This document shows, piece by piece, positions 1 through 11,730 of a stretch of 52,428 nucleotides of DNA. A model generated the notes under the pieces. The model saw only the letters and a list, made by a program, of their open reading frames with translations, did not search any database and was not told the origin of the DNA. Location of the stretch: positions 1 through 52,428 of the forward strand of contig JABANN010000215.1 of assembly GCA_013115125.1 (NCBI GenBank), given 5' to 3'. The position numbers and the translations under genes are program-made. Origin of the DNA: Perkinsus olseni (taxonomy: Eukaryota). How positions within the stretch are numbered: position 1 is the stretch's first letter; every line of letters starts with the position of its first letter.

Positions 1-71
<71 letters not shown>

Positions 72-76
72 CCGCG

Positions 77-116
<40 letters not shown>
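1..116. repeat. Poly-C run at window start; low complexity, probably a contig-end or sequencing artefact
   Basis: Almost pure C homopolymer interrupted once by gccgcg. It replaces sequence that continues normally in the paralogous segment near 36590. Confidence 0.8.
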
Positions 117-306
117 ACTTCATCAAAGTTCGTCGCCGATACCCGAAGAGACCCGAGTTCTTGCTCTGGCTCAAGAACAGTTCCACAACACAATACCCTT
201 TGCAACAGTGAGAGAAATCTTGAAAAGTGGACGGAAAGTAAGTGAATCGGGTTCGCTGAAACCCCACTGAGATAAGAGAAAACAGCTCGACAAGCCGCTC
301 GGCAAG

Positions 307-1260
307 CTAGTCATACAATACACCAGTTATGGCAACATTCTGTGAGAATAAATCTTTGTGGGCATCACTCAATGCTCGAACCTGCAGGACGACTTGATAT
401 TCCCAGCCTTCTCCCTTCCTTTTCAAAGAAATGAACGGCGTGGCAATGAAGGACTGGTCCCCAGCCGTCCTAGGGGAAGTGAAAAATAGAAGCTCGCTGC
501 TGGCGTCACCCCCGACTGGGAAAAATGGGGTCGAAGCTACGTGGAGGATATTTGGGGAAGTCGCAGTCACGCTCGATGTCAAACTGATCTTTCCCCCCTT
601 TCCCGGCTTCTGCCGCTCATTAAGCTCCGAAGCTAGGTCCCACAGGAAAGATGTACCATCAGGGCGCAGAAAAACCACTTGTACGCGACCACTGATATCC
701 GCACTAACCTTCGGCTCTTCGTCCGGGTCGCCCTGAACTGAATTGAGCTGAACTTCTAGTGCACCGTCGGACATTGGTCTATTGTCTCCCAGTTTAAACC
801 CAACGCTCTCCTGTTGAACGCCGTCCGAGTTACGACCCTTCATAATGTAAACGCAGGAGCCCGGAAGCACCATAATCTTACTTTTACCGTTCTTTCCCGG
901 GCCCGGACCACCTCTGCAACCCGGGGGGTAATCAGAAGTTACCTCAAAAGGTCTGGAGTAGGCGGCGGTAACAGGCGCGGCTGCAGCTGCAGTAGGCGAC
1001 GGGCCAATAGTGGGAGTCGTAGCAGAGGGGGAGGCAGAAGTAGGGATAGAAGGGAAGGCAGAAGGGGAAACGGAAGTAGCGGCAGCTGTCGTGTGATGAT
1101 TAGGAACGACAGATTGAGTTGTGGTAGTGGGAGGGGGGTCGGCTGACTTGCGGACAGGATTTCCAGAATGGACCAGCTGCAGAGTGGAGACGAAGAAGGA
1201 GCCCTGATAGAGCCAGTGAGAGACGCGGCAAGCAGAGGGGTTTCTAAAGCTCGAGGGCAT
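307..1260 (-). CDS. Intronless secreted protein, ADYPxGC family member A, with mucin-like T/S/P/A linker (317 aa)
   Basis: Intact ORF. Leader RVSHWLYQGSFFVSTLQLVHS, about 60 aa T/S/P/A-rich linker, SDYPPGCRGGPGP, PGSCVY, C-terminus GWEY...ITGVLYD. Clearly paralogous to 35562-36383. Confidence 0.85.
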   Translation of the reverse strand: MPSSFRNPSACRVSHWLYQGSFFVSTLQLVHSGNPVRKSADPPPTTTTQSVVPNHHTTAAATSVSPSAFPSIPTSASPSATTPTIGPSPTAAAAAPVTAAYSRPFEVTSDYPPGCRGGPGPGKNGKSKIMVLPGSCVYIMKGRNSDGVQQESVGFKLGDNRPMSDGALEVQLNSVQGDPDEEPKVSADISGRVQVVFLRPDGTSFLWDLASELNERQKPGKGGKISLTSSVTATSPNILHVASTPFFPVGGDASSELLFFTSPRTAGDQSFIATPFISLKRKGEGWEYQVVLQVRALSDAHKDLFSQNVAITGVLYD

Positions 1261-2585
1261 AGAGCGGGCTATTGATGTCCGAGCACATCGAAACCCGGAA
1301 GAACAGAACGCGCATGCTCCATGTGAGCATAGGCGGCTCGGGCGTCTACCTAGGACACCTACCAGCTAGCATTGAAGGAGAATTTCGCGAGGAGCTCTCA
1401 TGGGGCTTCTTAGTGCGGTGGCGTGTCACGTCACTGGCCCAGCAACGCCCCGTCACGCTGTGAGGTCACTGATGTCCACCGTGGACGGTCAACGCGAAGC
1501 AACCTGGAGGATTTACTTCTGACATGAAGTTCGGCTAGCTTGAACAATTTCTCGTCGCCTTTCGTGCCTCCAGCATCGAACAGTACTCGATTGTTCCAAC
1601 TTCGCCCCCTCCTCGCTTGAACAATGAGTACTCCCGCGTGGGCTAGCGTGAAATCGTGTCCCGGACACGGTGTCCGCTATGTGCGCGCGCAGCGAAACAC
1701 GGGAGTGCAAGATTGTTAAGGTCTTTACGGAGAGTTAACCCATACGGAAAGGGACACGACACAACAGTACTGTGGCAACACCGAGAACGTGGCCAAGACG
1801 GTCGAGATTACCGGTAGACCGAGTTCCATGCTTCGCTCAGCGGGATTCGTCCTGTCTGGTGACGTCACTTGACGTCACCTCGCACGCACGAGGCGACCTC
1901 GCGGCAAAGACTCTACCACGTTCACTACGGTCAGTGATATGCGTCTCACCTCTGATGAATCATCGGGATAGTGCTACAGAACTCTAATTTGAAATTAGTA
2001 ATTTCGCCGTTATCCGTCTCCCTCGGCTCCGGCAGAGCTGTTCCATGATCTCTCTGAAGGCGGACTCGATAATCTCATGGGCTAGGGGCCCTAGGGCCTA
2101 GCTATGGCCCATAGCCTATGGGCCGTCCCGCGCTATGGAGCGCCTTCGGTGACTCTCAAGCACTTCTCGATATCCGCCAAGCACTTCTCCGACTCTTGTG
2201 ACTCGACGATAGTCCTAGGGCAGCCCTGATAGGGCTATCCTCCAGGGAAATACCTCAGAACCGTTCTGACAGAACGGCGATAGCCCCTCCAAGGGAAAAA
2301 GAAGCGTCACCATATTCTCACCATCGTAGTCTACGATTCGTAGACGGATAGCTCGGGAGGACCCTCAGATTCTGTGTTCCGAACACAATGCTTTCCCCCA
2401 ATGAAGTCATATCGAAATCGGGCTCACTTCCTTCAGCCACAGTTCAAAATAAGTTGGTAAGCATGGAATAAAGTTATCATAATTCTCAGATCAAGTGGGA
2501 CGAAATCGATTGCAGACCGAAATATTTTCTTAAGAGTCACTCAAGAGTGAGGGGCCCCCGTCTTGAAAAGAAGGTTTTCTGCAAA

Positions 2586-3338
2586 TCAGCCGTACAGCGT
2601 ACCGTTAACAACATATTGCGTGAAATTAAACTTCGGCACGGCCCCTCCTTGACTGACCGCCTGAAAAGCAACTGTATACTGCCATCCGTCCGGTACCACC
2701 GCCATGTACACGAGTTGCTCGAAGCTTACACCAGGGACGCCCTCAGCTGGCCCGTTAGAGCTCAGACTCATCACACAGCACATTAGAGCGTCGCCCTGGA
2801 TGCTATACCATGAGGTCCAGGCGTTCTTGTGATCAGGAAAGAAACCGTAGGCGATGGATGCCATGTCGACGTGGACCTTCCTTCCAGAGATCATCCTGAA
2901 CGAACGGTTACCCGGGGCGGGATTCCACCAAAAGCTCATGTCGCCATGAGCAAATCCCACGTGAGCGAAACCTAAGGTATTCACTGTTACCTCGGGTCCC
3001 GCCTCCGTGCCTTCCACTATATCGAACTGAACTTTCATCCAACCAATACGTCCTGGCATGTTAGTTTTGATAATGACACCGGCGCTCCGTTGATAACCCC
3101 CACCCGCTTGAAAGCCTCTGATGTTGTAGATGCATGTACCCTTCATCACGCGAAGATCGCCACCCTCTTTCATCGGACCGGGGCCGTGATTACAACCCTT
3201 CGGATAGTCAGCGGTAACAGTAGCCCAAGGTGTATCAGCGAGCGCCTCCACCGTCTGCACGACGTAAACGAACAACAGGAAGCTACGGTAGAGGGAGTTG
3301 AAGCGAAGAATAGTATAGCGGAAGCCGACGTTCGGCAT
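2586..3338 (-). CDS. Intronless secreted protein, ADYPxGC family member B (250 aa)
   Basis: Intact ORF. Hydrophobic leader ending VQTVEA, ADYPKGCNHGPGP, GTCIY, C-terminus GWQY...VVNGTLYG. Confidence 0.85.
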   Translation of the reverse strand: MPNVGFRYTILRFNSLYRSFLLFVYVVQTVEALADTPWATVTADYPKGCNHGPGPMKEGGDLRVMKGTCIYNIRGFQAGGGYQRSAGVIIKTNMPGRIGWMKVQFDIVEGTEAGPEVTVNTLGFAHVGFAHGDMSFWWNPAPGNRSFRMISGRKVHVDMASIAYGFFPDHKNAWTSWYSIQGDALMCCVMSLSSNGPAEGVPGVSFEQLVYMAVVPDGWQYTVAFQAVSQGGAVPKFNFTQYVVNGTLYG

Positions 3339-3940
3339 TGGTAAATGCTTCCTGTAGTTTTTGGCTAAACTGAAGGATTGCTCCCGGATTTCACTGGCTC
3401 AGGGGAACAGAGAGATCGATTTCACGGGGGACACGCGAGGAAGGGCGTTCTATAGCGCGACGTGTACGCAGGTCAAGCATCAGATCGACTCGGCAACTAA
3501 TTGTATGTGATTGAGACGCGAGTCTCGGCCGAAAGCTTGATCGCCAATCGAGCTCGCTGCAGCCCTCCAAGCCAGGTTCAGGGGTGAGTGTCCCGGACAG
3601 CCTACAGAGAATTCAGTCCCCGTTGGTTGTCCCACTGGGACAAACACAGAGTCCTTCCACTAAGCCCTCGTCAAGGTTGCGTCGCACTCGTGTGCGCTCA
3701 TCACCGACCCGTCGACGACGAATCATACCATATACTAGACGGGACCTCCTCCTGCTTCCGATGAAGCAGAGGCATTCAGTGGATTGCCTCGTGGAACTGC
3801 AGGAACTGCAGGCGGGACCGCAAGACGTTGCGTGACGTGCACGCGGCGTGACGTGCACGCGTCTAGAGGCACGGCGTGACTCCGATTGTCGCGAGTCCAG
3901 TTCTAGTAACAACTTTCCTATTTTTTTGTCTTACGCTTGC

Positions 3941-4242
3941 ACTCTCAAGACCGAGGTCGATCAGGTATGCCTCCTTCACTCGAGCGTCCGTGAACGACAA
4001 TTCAGAAAATCCTCAATCCAGGGTCGACAGGGACCCGATGGAGAGCCGATAATTCTCACTTTTGCTAGCACCACGAAGGGGGCCTCCACTCTGCCGAGAA
4101 TCGTGAGGCTGGCTCATAGGACAGTACCAACGCAAAGACGGCCTGAAGAGATGCTTAGACCGGGTCGTCCCCACACGATAGCGAACGATAGCTTGGATCA
4201 AACCTGCTTCAACGGATGATCAGTTACTAATAGGACTGATGC
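3941..4242. repeat. About 300-bp dispersed repeat, copy 1 (SINE-like)
   Basis: Co-linear high similarity by eye to 17404-17709, e.g. shared tcactcgagcgtccgtgaacga, tcctcaatccagggtcgacaggg and ataggactgatgc. Confidence 0.85.
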
Positions 4243-5797
4243 AGTGCACTCGGTGGAACCTAAAAATACTTTGTCAGGGAGCGATCAAGGACGGCTCCAA
4301 AACTCGCGCTCGGATCTGCTTCTTTTCTTGGACCCATCAGCTACGACCCAGCGCCGCTCTGCAAGCATCAATGCACTTTACAATACACTGTCCGCACTTG
4401 AGTGAGGACTATCGAGGTCAACTCGTTGGGCCAGTTTACTCGGCGATGTCGCCCGGCGCACGAAGGAGACAGTAGCTTTGTGATGGTGCTAGTGGGTAGT
4501 TCGGTCGAGGAGAGTTCGGAGTGAGTGAGGTACATTCGCGTCGAGTTAGTTTAATTTTATCTTCTAAAAAAGCCTCCCGCCCACCCTGGCGATGTGGTGC
4601 GGCTGCCTCCCTGTTGTTGGGAGGCGGCCCCGTCACATTGGCCGAGGACCCGGCGCTCGATGCGCAGTCCTCTGGCCCACGCCCCAACGCCGGGGAGGAA
4701 GGGAGCCGGGTAATGATTATTTTAACAGCATCCAACTTTCAAAATACCTTCCGAAAAACTTCACGCCGAGATTTCAGGTTCCTCTTTGGAGTGGTGCACG
4801 CGATCCGAGAATTCCCACTCGCCTCGGAGGGCCAACGCAACTCCCAGATAATAGAAGAGACTTCCAGCGTGTGCACAGTCAAGGCAGTCTTCGTCGCTGG
4901 CCCGTCTATTATTTCGGCGTGCAGGTGCCTGGAAGAAGGCACTGCGGCATGATCCCCTGCCAAGTAGGTGCGACGTTCCTGATATACGATATACGTGACT
5001 CTATTTAATAGAGTCTACTACCCCAGATGCACAGTCATTGCAGTATGAATCATTTCCGAGTTGCAGAGGCCCTGACCTCCGAAATAATTCTGTTAGCCCT
5101 ATTCGGAGAGCGACCTATTGCTCACAGGAATAGCCTCCAATCCGTCCTCATCCAGATCGATGATCTTCTGTTTCTTAGCCCTGGCAAGACTTGCTCCCTT
5201 GCCGGTCGGATGTAGCGACTTCTTGACTCTCTTGTTCTGGCGATCTCCGACCCTGCAAACAAATTCCGCTCCGCGACCCGAAGAGCATTCACCTCCCTAC
5301 ACGTGGCTTACTCATCCACTCGGGCGCGTGCCTTATGGGAGTTGCGCGCATTCCTCGACCGTAGTCGTTGTAATTCCTCCATCTTGCATTGAATTGCACG
5401 CCGCTTCTCCTGAACCCTCCTGTGCGTCTCCCTCTGTTCAGTCCTTCTATCGTCCACCGCCGAAAGGACGAACCCGACAACGCGTTCAACTCTATCCTGA
5501 GGACACGGACCCTTTTCCTAGCTCTGTGACCATTGGTCACTGACCAACGGCGCTCCCCGTCGGGGCAGTCGACATCAATGAGGATGCACCCGCCGAATGA
5601 AAACCGCTAGCGAAAATTACATCACCATTTTCATTTACGAAGATCGCGAGAAAAAGAGTAGAACTCGGAAACCGCGTCAGGTTTTCGCGGAAAATGATCT
5701 TCATTGACATTGCTTGATGGGAATGTGATTAAGCCGACTACCTCTTCGCAATTTTCGGGGCTATGATCCCTGGTTACCGCCATTTCGCGAGTGAAGA

Positions 5798-8106
5798 TCA
5801 CTGTCTGTTCGTGACTACGCCGAATTTGGACAGCCGCCACTGCGTCGTCGCAAGTACGCTACACCGCCGTTCAAGTAGTGCGGCTATGGCAGTGTCTCCA
5901 GACCACCGAGCTGCAATTGTCAGCTCTTCTGATCCATAAGTCACGGTACGCTAGCGGAGCCAACGCAATGACAACCAGGTGACTCCGAACGATAATGCAG
6001 CGAGTCTCACCAGCACTGGAATATTCATCAGCCCCGCTCAACCTTGCAAAGCCCCACGCTCACCTTGTCGTTGGCCAAAGCTGCATTTCTTATCGACGCC
6101 AGCATGTCCTTTGTAGCTCTATGCGCTGCAGCCATCGCGATCACATCATCCTGTGAAACCTCACCAAAAGCGTCAGCCGTCTGAGGGAGAGGACCGTGAC
6201 TCATGCCGGATTCTCAACACTCTAGCGCCAGTTGCAAACATTCAAAAGTTTCCGAATGAAACCCCTGAAGCCCAGAGGAGGTCTTCGTGCGGTGAATTAC
6301 GGCAAATCCTGTCCATAATTCTCATCATTCAATGACAGTTACATACTGTCTATATACATTCTTCTTTTAATAAAGTCTATGGAAGAGGATCGGGAGCAAA
6401 CCCTGTCCATCCACGCACCTGCTTCCACGCCATCTGCACGATTCTTTGGCATTCGAGATTGTCAATCAACTTCGCAGCTCCCGTAGTTCGCTCGATGTTC
6501 CGCGATATCGTTCGGGACATCTCATCCAACTAAGCAATAAAGCCTGAACATCGCATAGCAAGATATATCTATTAGTCTTCCTAGATGACCATAATGGAAG
6601 CCCTGCCAGCTCGAAGGCATTGCATGCAACAGCTAGTGGATGAGAAACACCGGTCGCGCGTGAGTCTCACCTTCGCCTCGTCCCGGGCATGTTCTCTTTC
6701 TATTCTCGAGCACTCGCTTGCCACTCGTGCGAGCCTATCTTGGAGCTCCTGGATCCTTTGCTCACCTTTTCGAATATTTGACAGGTGACTCTAAGAAAGC
6801 GACGTCAGATGAGCATCCGAGATGTCCATTTTTTCCCGCTGGGTCGCTTGAGCAATGGAGCCCGTCAGCGAAGCGTGGACCGCAGTGCACCTGTCTGCCT
6901 GCCTTCAGTTGTTTCTTCTTCGCGTAAGCCTCGAGTGCGCTCTGCCGGAGTTCAGTTTCTTCGTCTGAAAAGTGAATGTGAGGCCCTCACGGCGGAAATG
7001 TCTCGCTTTCACAACCTTCACAGTGAGGGACATGCAAAGATGTGCATGAAGATACACATGGCATCATCCAGCGTGCGCATACAGGAGGCGGTATCCTCCA
7101 AGGGTTTTGAAAGCGAGACACCTCCGCCAGACGGCTCAGAAATTTGATACGATCGAACGGGCGAGTGCATCAGCCGGCATTGGTGCCCGCTCGCTCATTT
7201 CTGGGATATATCCGCCACACAGGTGCATCGTGGTAATACTGAACGACAAATCGCTCAACATCTCACCTTGTGACGCTGCAGTGACAGCGTCTGAGTCATG
7301 GTGTCCAAAAGTGATGTAGAAACTGAAAAATTAAACCATCTACCGAGCTAAAGATCCCAGTGCTCTGACGGCCTGACTCAGAGTCCGACCAACAACGCCT
7401 GACCGAGCGACTGCATAGGTTGGCCGGGTTCACTGTTGACCCTGAACCCTTCCTCGTAGCCGTAGTTCAACTATCTGTCCCAAAATCATTCGGATACGAT
7501 CATAATATCCTATCATCACGCCAGCTACCATTCCACCTATGATGCATGTTCCTTCGATAATTCAATACCAAGTCGATGGTCATGCGGCTCACGGTAGCAT
7601 TCGAATGATTTATCAAGTGCCGAGTGTCGCAGAGAAATACTTCGGGAAGCTGAGGTAGCGAGCGCGCCAACCTGAGGTAGTCCGTCTCCACGTCCTTCAC
7701 AGGCTTGTTGCACTTCGGGCATCTTTCGTGGATCGACGAGGCGCATCTCGCATGGAAGAGATGGCCGCATCTCCGAAGACCTGCCATTGGCAGGATGCCG
7801 ACCCATTCTGTGCTGTCTAGGAGCTCTTCAGTGCGAGTATACCATCCTTCTACCCGGTTTACGATGCAGAATTGCGACGCAATGTCCTCTAAATAGCACC
7901 AACGAAGCGAATCGGGAAGAACAATACACAGCGAGGTTGCTACGCTCCGAGCGGAAAGCATCAAGCCTCGATGGCCTACCAGTGATGTCGCTCCTCAGCT
8001 GCCCCTTACACTTGCTGCACACGATCACTGCTGATACTGCGGCGGTGGAGTCTGCGGAGTCTCTCCTGTTCTGCGTTCCTTCATTTATGGTTAAATCCAT
8101 GGCCAT
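5798..8106 (-). CDS. Spliced RING-H2 zinc finger plus coiled-coil protein (probable E3 ligase, TRAIP-like architecture); exon model partial, 3' end uncertain
   Basis: Exon 8106-7980 carries CSKC. The next segment (7888-about 7592) carries CGHLFHARC...CPKC, giving a C3H2C3 pattern. Downstream helical exons: EETELRQSALEAYAKKKQLK (about 6960-6900), HLSNIRKGEQRIQELQDRLARVASECSRIEREHARDEAK (ends 6671, gtgag), 6529-6419 and 6150-6064 (both AG/GT bounded, phase 0). Confidence 0.65.
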
Positions 8107-9632
8107 TTGGGACTGGCTACAGTGCAAATTGTAGCCGATTGCGCAACGAGCCTGCTGCGCAGCATGAAAAACTCCGACTGGTTATCACTGACTTCCCGTG
8201 CCCGAATGAGACTTCAACCTGATATCTGACCGCCCCCTCACACGTATCAGACAGACAAAGTGAAATGGCGTCTAATGAGCCTCACAAGCAACTAGTCCGA
8301 ATCAGTGTTGACTCAGTGACTCAATGCTGAATCAGTGCTCTGCTGACTCCTGCTCGCCTGAGCAGCCGAGCAGGAGTTAACTGCCATAGGTCCCTCAGAG
8401 GACTCACGTGCCTAGTTTTTCTCTCACCGGCGCCAGGGTCCACCACAATCGCACGTGCATCCGTGCTCTGGGTGGACGATTCTATCCGATTGGACCCAAC
8501 TTGGGCCGCCCAATCATTGGGCTCATCGAGTTCTATCGCTATTGGCATCCGCATGAGAGCAAACGACGCATGTTACTAGTCGAACTATATTAGGCCGGGT
8601 CCTCATATTCAATTGGGAGTCTCGCAACTACTGAGACTACCCGGGACAGGCTATCCAGAGTGCTGTCCCGGACAGCAGTCTGCGCGGGCTCCCGAGTGGG
8701 AGTCCCACTGCGGGACAGTCTTTCCCATTTTGACGGCCACGCCCCTCCCTGTATCCGTAACTCAACTGCCACTTGAATCGCCTCAGAACGGTCCTGAGGC
8801 GGAATCGTTCAGAACGATATCCCTCGTTCAGAAGACGTTTATCCCTCGCTTTTGCGGTTCTAGGGTAACCCCAAAACCGCATTTGGAAGCCTCGTTTTCA
8901 ACTTCAATGGCCGTTCTGTGAAGATTAGGATTGCTCAACGGGTGATGTTGCATCGCGTTCCATGATTTTATATGTTTTCCGCGAGCGGAAATTCCTGGAA
9001 GTTTCAACTTTCGACAACCCTGGCAGGGTTACCCTGCGAGGTGGGGACGGTGCCCCTGACACTGTGGCACAGTTCCTGTGCGACTCGCGCACTAGGAGTG
9101 GTGCACGAAGGTAAGGATATGGACTTCCGTTAACCCGAACCTGGTGACTTGTGCGCAGCGTGACCGCTAATAAATGACCCAGAGACGACCGGAGAGCCAA
9201 TGGCTTCTTCGCCATGGAATGAGGAGCAATGTCTGATGTATTCCTGGTCGGAGAGCAAGCCCCGGATGGGCCGCACGCCTGCGCGAAAAAACCAAGTTCA
9301 GAAGGGCTGCGCACGACACGGCATGTCTCGCACAACGACGATCAGCACCGAATTCGCCGGTAAGCATAATAGACGTGCTGACTTTTCAGTTTTTACGGGC
9401 CGGCAAGGCGAGATTGCATCAAAGAAGCTGTTGGATACTCAAACGCAAGACGCAAGGAACACAATGCACTTTAAAGGCGATCTCTATCTCGGGACGCTAC
9501 GCCGGAGACACAGCCCGAAGCTTAGACTGCGAAGCTACGTCGCCCTCATTGATGGAGCGATAGTTCCTCTATTGTATTAAAGCATTGACCACTTCAGTCT
9601 CAACTTTAGGTTATCAGATAATCATTAACTCT

Positions 9633-10076
9633 ATGTACCTCCACCTAGCTGGTCTGTCCTTCATCTTCGTTGTCGCTCAGTGCGGCCCTGAGGTCTTCCG
9701 CGGTGACGCTAAGGATCCTTCTAGTGGACTTGGATTCCCCATCGATAAGACCTATACCTATGATTCCTCTTCCAATGGGAAGGTAGATATCCTACAGTTC
9801 AAGTTCACTCGTGAGCAGGGCGGCAGGGTTTACATAACTCCCTATAAGGGCCACCTAAAGAAAGGTCAATATGATTGTGGATATACTCTCCAGCAGAGCA
9901 GCAATGCTTCACGCTTCACCGTGACGCTGAGCTCTCCATGTAACGAAATCGTAGAGGATTCGGCCGGTCATTATGACAATAAGTTCATCACTGGTTGCAC
10001 TATTGAGAAAGGATATAAGAATCTCCACGTCCCAACTGCATCTGCTGGGGAGGACCAGTATAAGCTTCAGAGATGA
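9633..10076 (+). CDS. Small intronless secreted protein (147 aa), unknown function
   Basis: ATG at 9633 followed by signal-like MYLHLAGLSFIFVVAQCG. Beta-strand-like mature region with three Cys. Intact ORF. Confidence 0.75.
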   Translation: MYLHLAGLSFIFVVAQCGPEVFRGDAKDPSSGLGFPIDKTYTYDSSSNGKVDILQFKFTREQGGRVYITPYKGHLKKGQYDCGYTLQQSSNASRFTVTLSSPCNEIVEDSAGHYDNKFITGCTIEKGYKNLHVPTASAGEDQYKLQR

Positions 10077-10542
10077 TATGTTTAATAATCTGATAGACGA
10101 TGAGCGATGACTATAATTCTTGACCAAACGTGTATCATTTTCGTTGTCGAACGGCCCTTTCCATAGTTTTATGTGTGACCACCACACAGTAGTACTTTAG
10201 CAGTACCCGAGACTTTATCTCCCCGTTCTCTGATAGAGAACCTCATTGACTCAATGACATTGAGAGAACCTTCATTGATACTAGTCATTACTGTGGACTA
10301 GGAATGATCCCCATACCTCACTGGTTGAGTTATACAATAACGGATTAAGCGCAAGTTTCAGAAGCCCAACAGCAGTAATCGGGGGACTGCTCATTAAGCA
10401 GTGCTCAATCGCCAATTAAAGGACTGGACGAGAGGGAAAGACATCTATTTTCATTGAAAATACGATGCTCCTCGCTTAAAATGAGGAACTGCCCTGAGGA
10501 CCGTCACAGTCACTGTCACGGTTCGTCTCGGACAGTTGGGAC

Positions 10543-11273
10543 CAGGGGTGGGCGAAATCCTCGCAGAGGGACTCCGCTCCGTTCCGGGCGGTAATTCTGA
10601 ACTTCCGCTTTTCCGTTCCGTTCCGGTCGTATTTCCGCCATCATCCTCGGAGGCTCGATATTTCGGTTTTCCGCACCGGAGAACGGATTCCGTTTCCCGT
10701 TTAACGGAATGCGGCATTCCGAATGCCGTCTGAATGGCGATTTTCGGATAGCTTTGTGCTGCAGACTGGAGGGTGCTCCGGACTCCACACAGTCGCAGCG
10801 CGACTTCGTGCATACATGCTCGTGTTCGTGCCCGTGGTGGCCTCGCGCTCCCCTCATTTCACACGACCACACATGCTATACGCAGCGAACACATCATTTT
10901 GACATGCGGTGATGTGGTGAATTATTAGTGACGGTGAATTACTCCTCATCATGAGTAGTAGTTTATCCTGTGAGAGTCAAAATTTTTTTATGATAGAAAT
11001 TATTATGATAATATGTGAGCAACATATCAGGTTACCTATGACTTGGCGTCATTAATGTGACGCATATTTCAATCCGATTACATCATCCTCTCCTTGGAAC
11101 CGAAACGGAACATTCCGAAGCGCTAACGGAAAAATCCGCGGCAACTGGAATTTTCCGGTATACATAACGGAAAATCAGGGCGGAATGGGTTTTCGAAACG
11201 GAATTTCCGCTCCGCCAGACGGAACGGACTCCGCCACCCGGAACGGAAACGGAACGGAAGTTGCCCACCCCTC
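10543..11273. mobile_element. Non-autonomous TIR DNA transposon, hAT-like, about 730 bp
   Basis: Termini (c)AGGGGTGGGC ... GCCCACCCCT(c). Many subterminal TTCCG(TT) motifs on the left and AACGGAA motifs on the right, with an AT-rich core. TIR resembles the hAT MITE at 37053. No clean TSD seen. Confidence 0.7.
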
Positions 11274-11730
11274 ACTTGGGCCCAACTTGGGACTCCCAAC
11301 TGTCCGAGTCGAACCGTCCGTTTATTCTCTTCCTGAAGTTCAAGGAGGGACCAGGGGGACTCTTGGAGGTGTGAGCTGGAGCGGGGCATTACGACAAGGA
11401 GTCCTTTAAGGACTCCTTATCGCCATGTCCCTGTCAAGGACAACCGCCAAGCTGAAAGTTTCGAAAGTGAACGCAATGCGTACGTCGAGTAAAAGGGTGG
11501 ATGCACTACGCGTTATACATGTAACGTGAGCCACATCACGTGACCAATGAGATAGTCTCAGAAGTAATGAAGTTCATATAGAGTCACAAGTTACCCTCTC
11601 GCCCTGCTGGCGGAAGAGCTTGAATTCCTGGATCATCTAAGCTGGACATGTGGTTCATTAGTGTAAGTTAAAGTGTTGGCTCTATCGAAGGGAAATCCCA
11701 GTATGTTGGGACTACCTCCTAGATACTAAG

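Noticed and set aside
1-116. Telomere or functional G-quadruplex tract
   Set aside because: It is a homopolymer rather than a telomeric unit, and its position at the sequence edge suggests an artefact.
165-175. Perkinsus/dinoflagellate spliced-leader relic (TGGCTCAAG)
   Set aside because: Only the last 9 nt match; the upstream CCGTAGCCAT portion is absent.
2547-2786. Apparent protein family AVQRTVxNILREIK shared with ORF 34696-35082
   Set aside because: These are antisense shadows of the B gene C-terminus and its pseudogene fragment.
4592-4930. Two exon-like segments on the plus strand (AAASLLLGGG...; VPLWSG...YYFGVQ)
   Set aside because: Splice sites are plausible but I found no convincing start, continuation or recognisable homology, so it is too weak to call.
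5118-5543. Reverse transcriptase remnant (IQIDDLLFL and GRVPYG)
   Set aside because: The motifs are in different frames and in the wrong order for RT, where the PFG motif precedes the DD motif; no other support.
10451-11409. ORFs overlapping the TIR element
   Set aside because: They translate the subterminal AACGG/TTCCG repeats and show no transposase motifs.
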